A stretch of DNA of 64,000 nucleotides from a virus, in the IMG/VR virus record IMGVR_UViG_3300050029_000114, positions 1 to 64,000 of that record; one strand, written 5' to 3'. Shown here piece after piece: positions 57,577 through 64,000 of the stretch; position 1 is the first letter of the stretch, and each line of letters opens with the position of its first letter. Below the pieces are notes generated by a model that did not search any database, was not told the DNA's origin, and saw only the letters and a program-made list of their open reading frames with translations. The position numbers and the translations under genes were made by a program.

Positions 57577-59355
57577 TCAGGAACCGCTCAGGCAAAGGCT
57601 GGACGTGTCGACGGTGCTGGCCGTCTGGCCGTTCGGGCAGATGTCGAACTGCAAGCTGATCGACTCGTGGCCCCTGAAGATCGCCTTCTCGAACGTCTCC
57701 GAGAACATCTGGAAGTTGTTCGTGGCGTTGAGCGTCGAGTCGCGGATCATGCCCAGGTTGAGCTCTCCGCCGTCGAGGAACATCCAGCTTCCCTCCGGGT
57801 ACAGCCAGGTGATCACGTCCTGGCTCCACGGGAGCAGCAGTCCGGCGCCCTGCACGCCGAAGCCCTGGCCGGACTGGCCGGTCGGGGCGTCCATCGTGCG
57901 GGTCGTGTTGATCTGCCGGACAGCGAAGAAGTTGTCGATCTGCGCGTCCGTCACTGCAAGCCGTTCGGCGCCGCTGCCGCTGTCGCCGGGAAGCTGGCGG
58001 GCCAGGTCGACCCGGATCACGTAGTCGAGCCAGTCCGGGTACACGAACCGCAGCGGGGCGTCCGGGTCCATCCGGTGCCGGTACCGCATGGCGGCGGCGG
58101 CCCGGTCGACAATCGCGAGTACGTCTCGGGCTGCGCCGAGCAGGATCGTCTCGCCGAACGCTGTCGTCGAACCCGTGATCATCGCCGCCTGCAACGTGGC
58201 CTCGGCGAGCCGTGCGTGCACGGCGTCGACCTCCTCCAAGTATTGGGCGATCTGCTCGGGGAAGTACCGGGACTGGAAGTTGCCGAACTGAGCGATCGAC
58301 GTGACCGCGTCGACGGTGCTCTCCTGCACGTTCTGGCAAAGGAATGTGGCGTGGGGCTTCAGGGCCGGGCTCACCGGGTTGGCGTCGTTCGCAGCGGTCC
58401 AAAGTGCGGCCGGGCCGTCGGCGGTCACCTGGGCGAGCGTGTGCGGCAAGATGTACCGCAATCCGCCTCGGGTCGCCCCGAACTGCGCCATCGCGCCTTT
58501 CACGGGCCGGTCAGCGACGCTGATCCCGGCGACGTTGTAATCCACGCCAACCGGGCCGCAGATGCCGCCGCTGGCGGTCAGTCCGGCCTCGGCGGCGGCC
58601 GCGGCCATCGCTGCGGGCTCCAACACGGCCCGAACCTTGCGGTCGTTGTTCGCGGCGTCCTGATCGAGCCACCGGTCGGCCGGGTACATCGGCTTGCTGT
58701 CGATCATGCCCAACGGGATGAACTCGCCATTCCCGGCATCGCTGCTGACCTTCATCACGGCGTCGATCCGCTTTTTGGCGGAGTGGGCGAACTTCTCGAT
58801 GTCGAGCGGTTCGCCCGGCACGATGCCCGGCAGGTCGGCTGAAGCGACCAGCGAAGGCCGGACCCTGGTCACGGCGTCGGTCGCGGTCGCGGTCGGCCGG
58901 TGGGCCCTGGGGGTCCGGCTCGCCAGTCGGCTGATGCGGGGCAGCACCGGCTCGGGGGCGCCCCCGCTGGCGGCGACGGGCACCGGCTCGGGCTCGACCG
59001 TCTCCTCCGCCTCTCCCGTGGTGGGCTCGGGCTCGGTTGCTGTCTCCGCGGCGGTCGGGTCGCCCTCGGCGACCGTCTCGGCCGGGGCCTCGGCGGGAAG
59101 CTCGGCGAGCAGTTCGGCGGCCTGGGCGACGCGCTCGGCACGCTCATCGGCGTGGGCCTGAAGCTGAGCCTCAATCTCGCGGTTGCGGTCGCGGGCCTCC
59201 GTCAACACCGCGATGTCGTCGGCCGACGGGTCGGCCCGGTCAACCGTGGCGACTCGCTCGGCGATCGCGGCCTGGAGGGCGTGAAGCTCCTCGTCGGTCA
59301 GCGGGTTCGCCTCGTCGTGGAGACGCTCCAACAGGGCAAGCAGTTCCGGGTCCAT
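57577..59355 (-). CDS. Major capsid protein with N-terminal scaffold-like region
   Basis: GGAGG SD before ATG at 59355; LTASGG.C.P...Y, RGG, LDGGELNLG.IRDS.LNATN....F.ETFE. Confidence 0.85.
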   Translation of the reverse strand: MDPELLALLERLHDEANPLTDEELHALQAAIAERVATVDRADPSADDIAVLTEARDRNREIEAQLQAHADERAERVAQAAELLAELPAEAPAETVAEGDPTAAETATEPEPTTGEAEETVEPEPVPVAASGGAPEPVLPRISRLASRTPRAHRPTATATDAVTRVRPSLVASADLPGIVPGEPLDIEKFAHSAKKRIDAVMKVSSDAGNGEFIPLGMIDSKPMYPADRWLDQDAANNDRKVRAVLEPAAMAAAAAEAGLTASGGICGPVGVDYNVAGISVADRPVKGAMAQFGATRGGLRYILPHTLAQVTADGPAALWTAANDANPVSPALKPHATFLCQNVQESTVDAVTSIAQFGNFQSRYFPEQIAQYLEEVDAVHARLAEATLQAAMITGSTTAFGETILLGAARDVLAIVDRAAAAMRYRHRMDPDAPLRFVYPDWLDYVIRVDLARQLPGDSGSGAERLAVTDAQIDNFFAVRQINTTRTMDAPTGQSGQGFGVQGAGLLLPWSQDVITWLYPEGSWMFLDGGELNLGMIRDSTLNATNNFQMFSETFEKAIFRGHESISLQFDICPNGQTASTVDTSSLCLSGS

Positions 59356-59533
59356 CCGATTCCTCCAAGGTGAGCACAGCGGTTTGGGATACATCTCACG
59401 AGGGCGAGAACCGGCGGCCGGGCGACTGCGTGGCCTCGGCTGGCCTTTAGGATCGGACTAGGTGCGACCCCGCTCTATCTCTTGCCGGGGCAGGGTAGCG
59501 CGGATATGAACGGCGTGGGGTGGATGGCGCGCG

Positions 59534-60175
59534 CTACGAGCCTGCTGGGCCTTGGAACGGCGGCCAGTAGGAGAGCGGCAGGCTCGGGTCGTTGAACGGG
59601 TTATCCCACATCCCGTCGGGCCCGTTCGTGCCTCCCCACTTGCGTTTCATGTAAGCGATCAGCCGGTCGATAGGGACGTGGGCCCCGCCGAGGTCGACGC
59701 CGTGCCGGAACCCTGCCATCGCCACGTCCACGCTCACCTTCAGCCAGTACGGCTCGCTCAGGTTGAACCCTCGGGCGATCCGGTGCCCATAGTCGAAGTC
59801 CTCGTAGTAGCCCGGGTAGAAGTTCTCGTCGAACAACCCCACCGTCTCTAGGGCGCGCCGGTTGAAGGCGATCAGGTGCCAGCCGATCCCGTGGGCGGCC
59901 TCGACGGCCACGGCCTCCGGGTTGGCGTCGAGCGCGTCGATGAAGTCCTGGCCGCCGGGCTCGCCGAACCGGATCGACGCCGAACACACGATCAGCCAGT
60001 CGGCCTTCTCGTTGAGAACCTTGCGGGCCCCGACGTTCCATGCTGCCGCCACGCCGTGGTTGATCCGGCTGTTGTCGACGACGATGATCCGGCCGGGCAG
60101 CAGGCGGCAGCTAGCGAGGCAGCGGTCGGTCCACGGCTGGTGGATCGACGGGATCACCATGAAGTACTCGGTCAC
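59534..60175 (-). CDS. GT2-family glycosyltransferase
   Basis: VVDN..N.GVAAAWN; GLFDENFYPGYYEDFDY. Confidence 0.85.
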   Translation of the reverse strand: MTEYFMVIPSIHQPWTDRCLASCRLLPGRIIVVDNSRINHGVAAAWNVGARKVLNEKADWLIVCSASIRFGEPGGQDFIDALDANPEAVAVEAAHGIGWHLIAFNRRALETVGLFDENFYPGYYEDFDYGHRIARGFNLSEPYWLKVSVDVAMAGFRHGVDLGGAHVPIDRLIAYMKRKWGGTNGPDGMWDNPFNDPSLPLSYWPPFQGPAGS

Positions 60176-60876
60176 GGGCGCGGCTTGAACATGTAGTGGT
60201 GCTCGTGGTCGAACGCCAGGAACGTCTCCTCGTACCGGTGGAGGCGCATGTGGGTGAGCAGGTCGTCGGGGGTGTCGCCGTAGCGGTCCCGCATGAACTC
60301 GGGGTGGACCGAGATGAAGAAGATCGGTCGGTCCTCCTCCAGCAGCCGTCCGGCCCCAAGGATCATGCGGTACTCGGCGCCCTCGATGTCGACGGTCACC
60401 ACGTCCGGTCGGCGCTCGATGCGGGCCGTGAACGTGTTGAGCGTGATCGTCGGGCAGTCCGGTCGCTCGTCGATGTGCAGGAACCCGTGGTCGAGGATCG
60501 TCTCCCCGGTAGCGCAGTCCGGCCAGCCTGTCTCCGGGCTCAACGGCCAGTGCGGCCGCGTGATGTTGTCTGTCTCCCCGGCGAACCCCACGAAGCAAGC
60601 CTCGGGTTCGCCGGGCACGTTCGCCTCCCACACCGTCCGTATGTTCGGCCACACCTTCGGGTTCGGCTCGATCATTGCCACGTCCGCGCCCCAAGTCGCC
60701 CAAAGGGTCGGCAGGTCGCCCTCCTCAGCGCCCACGTCGACCACGAAGTCGCCCGGCCGTATGACCGAGTACATGGCCGCCAGGCGTTCCTTCTCCCAAT
60801 ACGGCCAGGCGATCCAACTGGCCCGCGGTTCGCCCAACTCCAGCGGCCACCGGTCGTTGATCCGTATGAGCGTCAC
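60172..60876 (-). CDS. FkbM-family methyltransferase
   Basis: VVDVGAEEG, IEPNP, VDIEGAE..L.GA. Confidence 0.85.
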   Translation of the reverse strand: MTLIRINDRWPLELGEPRASWIAWPYWEKERLAAMYSVIRPGDFVVDVGAEEGDLPTLWATWGADVAMIEPNPKVWPNIRTVWEANVPGEPEACFVGFAGETDNITRPHWPLSPETGWPDCATGETILDHGFLHIDERPDCPTITLNTFTARIERRPDVVTVDIEGAEYRMILGAGRLLEEDRPIFFISVHPEFMRDRYGDTPDDLLTHMRLHRYEETFLAFDHEHHYMFKPRP

Positions 60877-61529
60877 CGTTCCGCCACGTGCCAGCGCCAG
60901 TCCGGGTAGCGGCCACCCATGCCGTCCTGCTCGGCGTGGACCGACGTGAGCCCGGCGTCGGCGATCCATCCCTGAACTAGCTCGTCGGGCAGGTGGCCCT
61001 CGTCCTCGAAGTCGATGTCCGAGACGATCTGGAAGATGAACCGCCCACCCGGCCGCAACACCCGGCCGACGGCGTTCACTATCGCCGCGGCGTCGGGCCT
61101 GGTCAGGTGTTGGAGGACAACGACCGAGAACGCCGCATCGTAGGGCTCGTGGCCCCGGAACAGGCGCAGGTCGGCTGCCCCTCCCAGCATCCACGTCACG
61201 TTCCCGGTCCCGGCCGCGGCCGCCTCTATCCCGGCGAGCGCCAGCATCCGGTGGCTCGGGTCGATGCCCAACACCCGGGCGTCCGGGTGGGCGAGAGCGA
61301 CCGGGATTGTCAGCCGTCCGCAGCCGCACCCGACATCGAGCAGCCGGGTGTACGGGCCCGGCGGAAGATGTGTCTCGATCTGTTTCAGGCACAGGTCGGT
61401 CGTGTACTGCCACTGGCCGGGCGTCTCCGCCCAAACCTCCATGCGCGCCGTCTCGATGTCCGGCGCCAGGGAGTCCCAATAGCGGCCTGCTCCGCTCGTC
61501 ACTATCCCTCCGGGGGCTCGCTCGATCAC
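60873..61529 (-). CDS. Class I SAM-dependent methyltransferase
   Basis: LLDVGCGCGR, GIDPS..ML, VLQHL, VLRPGG.F. Confidence 0.88.
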   Translation of the reverse strand: MIERAPGGIVTSGAGRYWDSLAPDIETARMEVWAETPGQWQYTTDLCLKQIETHLPPGPYTRLLDVGCGCGRLTIPVALAHPDARVLGIDPSHRMLALAGIEAAAAGTGNVTWMLGGAADLRLFRGHEPYDAAFSVVVLQHLTRPDAAAIVNAVGRVLRPGGRFIFQIVSDIDFEDEGHLPDELVQGWIADAGLTSVHAEQDGMGGRYPDWRWHVAER

Positions 61530-62353
61530 GTTCGGCGCGGTGCCCGTTTCTTGACCGGTCGGGCCGCCACGGCGGCCGATGTGACCTTCTTCTCCTCCTC
61601 AACGATCTTCTGCTGCCGCATCCGGTCGGCAAGGATCGCTTCTAGCTCCTCGATCCGAGCGTCTAGCTCCTCGATCCGCTCCTCCGCCGTCGCGACGGCC
61701 GCCAGGTCGTCGGGGTCGGGTTGCTTGCCCGCCCTCTCGTCCAGTCGCATCACCCGCCGTAACGCTGCCAGCGCAAGCACGGTCTGTGCCCGTTCGTCCT
61801 TGCGGGCGTCCAGTTCTTCCTTGCGGGCAGCCGTCATATCGCTATTGACCAGCGTGTGAATCTGCTTCAGTTGGGATTCGGTTACCACGGCGCGCTCCTC
61901 GGCGAGCCGGGCAACCTCGTCGAGTGCTCGCTTCGATTCGGCCTGGGCGTCAAGAAGTAGCTTCGCTGCCGTGGCAGCCTGGGTCGCCGCCTCCTCGGTC
62001 CGGGCTGCCAGGGTCGCAGCGGCGATGGCCCTCTGCTTGTCGGCCTCGTCGGTGCGCTCACGCAGCGTCACGGCCGCCTCGGCCGCCAGCGTTGCCGCCT
62101 CTTTCGCCTGTTGGGCAACCTCGTCGGTCCGGGTGATGGATTCGGCCTGGGCAGCCTGCAACAGCGTCGCCGCCTTGGCGGCCTCGGCAGCGGCGGCAGC
62201 GGCGGTCGCTGCTCGGGCTTCCTCGCGCTTGTCCTGCCTATCCCACTCCTCGCGCCGGGCGCTACGAGCCTGCTTGCCGTTTAGCAACGATAGGGAGACT
62301 CCGGTTATCAGCGCGACTAATGCCGCCCCGAGGATCCCGTACACCTGGGTCAC
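61526..62353 (-). CDS. Membrane-anchored coiled-coil protein
   Basis: GTG at 62353; N-terminal TM helix, long coiled coil, IHTLVNS. Confidence 0.6.
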   Translation of the reverse strand: MTQVYGILGAALVALITGVSLSLLNGKQARSARREEWDRQDKREEARAATAAAAAAEAAKAATLLQAAQAESITRTDEVAQQAKEAATLAAEAAVTLRERTDEADKQRAIAAATLAARTEEAATQAATAAKLLLDAQAESKRALDEVARLAEERAVVTESQLKQIHTLVNSDMTAARKEELDARKDERAQTVLALAALRRVMRLDERAGKQPDPDDLAAVATAEERIEELDARIEELEAILADRMRQQKIVEEEKKVTSAAVAARPVKKRAPRRT

Positions 62354-62361
62354 GGAGGCCC

Positions 62362-64000
62362 TCAGCCCTGCATCGAGGCGACCAGCCGCTCCGCTGCCAC
62401 CGGGCGCAACGGGGCGATGGTCGCTTCGGCCGTGGCGACTCGGGCCGTCAGGTCGGCTATCTGCTGCGCCTGCTCGGCCTGCGCCCGCTCCCACGGCATC
62501 GGCTGCCGGATAACGCCAGACGCCACGAGGGCTGTGACGGTCCCGTTGGCGAATGCGGCGTGCGGGTCGCCGATCGGCGCTACAAGCCCGCTGGCGGCCG
62601 CTGAGGCGGCTATCCCGGCGATCGGGAAGCCCGGGACTGTCACCCCGGCCAAGATGGCAACAAGGTCCAGTCCTTTGCCCGACCATACGCTCCGCCAGTC
62701 GCCCGAGGTCGAGCACGCGGCGAACGCCTGCACCTGCGCCTCGGTGGCGTCGAACTTGACGACCCCGGCTATCCACGGCCCGAAGTCGTCATCCCCGGCC
62801 ACGACCTGCGCCATGCGCTCCACTCCGGGCCCGCCGTCGTAGTGGGCTCGGACCGCCTCAACGCTCATCGCTCGGGTCGTGCTGGCATGCCCGCATCCCA
62901 TCGATAGATGACCGACGTGGACGATGCCGCCCTCGGCCGTCAGGAACGGCCGCATGTTGAACGCTGCGTACCCGGTCTGGCTGCGCGGCGGGGTCATGCA
63001 CCGGTCGGTGTACCCGGTGTGGCACGAGAACCAACTGGCGATGTGCCCGTACACTCGGCGCCACCCATTCTCGTCGGGCGCCTCGATCGTCAATGGGCAG
63101 GCGTACCGGCCGTTCGGCTGGCGGACCATGCGCCGGTCGCCGACGTGGAATCCCGGGTTCTCGAAGTACCGTGCTGGCGGCGGGCTCGGCGGCTGGGCGG
63201 CAGCCAGGACCGGTTCTGGCTCGGGGTGAAGCTCGGCGGTCGTGGCGGCCTGCTCGGCGCACTCGACGCACGGCTCGTCAACGGTCGCGCTCGCAGCGAC
63301 CTGCCCGGCGGTCGGGGCGGTGTCGGCCTCGATGAACGCATCCTCGAACGCCGGGAACGGCGTCATCGTCAGGCCCATCACCCGGATCAGGCTGAACTTC
63401 ACGATCCCGTCGATGCAGTCGCCGTCCATGTCCCGCTCGGTGCACTCGAACTCGCCTTCGCTCTCGCACACGTCGATCGAAACGCCGAACTTGCCGCGGG
63501 CCGCCACGATCTGCTCGGCCTGACGGCCTGCGTCGCTGTCGTCGTAGAAGCCTTTGCCCATAGCGACCTGGCTGACCGTCCCGACGCCAGTGATCGCCCC
63601 CGCCAGGACGGCGCCATAGTGGCCGCCCTCGGTGACGGTCTGGAGCATGAGCGGTTGCGGCGGGTTCCTGTACTCGATGGCCCCCGGGTTGATGTACCGG
63701 CCGTCGCCGGTCGGCTTGCCCTCGTACGCCATCTCGCTCCGCCATCCGCCCGCCAGCACCGGCCGGTCGCCTTGTGCTAGCTGCTCGGCGAGCGCATCCA
63801 TCACGGATACATAGCCGCCAGTAACGTCCGGCGTCCCAGCCCACTCCGCGGTCGGCACCGCGGCGGCCGCGGTCAGCCCGGCCTCGGTCCAGTTCTTCGC
63901 GTCGATGAGCCGCCAGTCGGCGCCGTCCTGCTCCACGCCGAACCGGGCCCCTAGCCGGGCCATCGTCTCGGCAACTGGCTCCCAGGTGCCGCCTGTCTCC
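62362..64000 (-). CDS. Capsid maturation protease-like head protein (5' end beyond window)
   Basis: Frame open to the window edge; EG..TGDGR, T...PAF..A, VYGHIA.W..CH.G...PPRS, SGDWR motifs of actinophage head proteins. Confidence 0.7.
   Translation of the reverse strand, partial: ETGGTWEPVAETMARLGARFGVEQDGADWRLIDAKNWTEAGLTAAAAVPTAEWAGTPDVTGGYVSVMDALAEQLAQGDRPVLAGGWRSEMAYEGKPTGDGRYINPGAIEYRNPPQPLMLQTVTEGGHYGAVLAGAITGVGTVSQVAMGKGFYDDSDAGRQAEQIVAARGKFGVSIDVCESEGEFECTERDMDGDCIDGIVKFSLIRVMGLTMTPFPAFEDAFIEADTAPTAGQVAASATVDEPCVECAEQAATTAELHPEPEPVLAAAQPPSPPPARYFENPGFHVGDRRMVRQPNGRYACPLTIEAPDENGWRRVYGHIASWFSCHTGYTDRCMTPPRSQTGYAAFNMRPFLTAEGGIVHVGHLSMGCGHASTTRAMSVEAVRAHYDGGPGVERMAQVVAGDDDFGPWIAGVVKFDATEAQVQAFAACSTSGDWRSVWSGKGLDLVAILAGVTVPGFPIAGIAASAAASGLVAPIGDPHAAFANGTVTALVASGVIRQPMPWERAQAEQAQQIADLTARVATAEATIAPLRPVAAERLVASMQG

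Noticed and set aside
1-64000. Stop-codon reassignment suggested by frequent TAG/CTAG
   Set aside because: Conserved genes are full length in the standard code, TAG ends genes at sensible positions, and there is no suppressor tRNA.

Overview
High-GC tailed dsDNA phage (siphovirus-type, probably with an actinobacterial host given the Rpf gene and many leaderless TANNNT-N6-ATG starts). Almost all genes lie on the minus strand, and the window is cut inside genes at both ends. Reading in the direction of transcription (right to left): capsid maturation protease-like gene, two methyltransferases and a glycosyltransferase, major capsid, tail and fibre/spike genes, and head-tail adaptor. A ~12 kb island follows (CHAP and amidase lysins, three glycosyltransferases, Fet4-like membrane protein, tRNA-CAT, a structured RNA and rtcB). 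Then come tail completion genes, tail chaperone with -1 frameshift, tape measure, minor tails, Rpf and a holin-like gene. After that are recombination/replication genes (Gam, ERF, SSB, initiator with iterons, DnaC-like loader, UvrD helicase), many small early genes, a DNA methyltransferase, a frameshifted DUF5131 gene and the terminase subunits. No integrase or CRISPR array was seen. Main observations: (1) at least three free-standing endonuclease genes sit inside the ends of neighbouring genes and are flanked by synonymously recoded duplicates of the interrupted gene end, which would restore the gene; (2) two repeated promoter classes, both built from paired CTAG; (3) an unannotated ~140-nt multi-stem RNA directly upstream of rtcB; (4) a glycosyltransferase/methyltransferase set embedded among virion genes. 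All family calls come from motif recognition by eye, not database searches.
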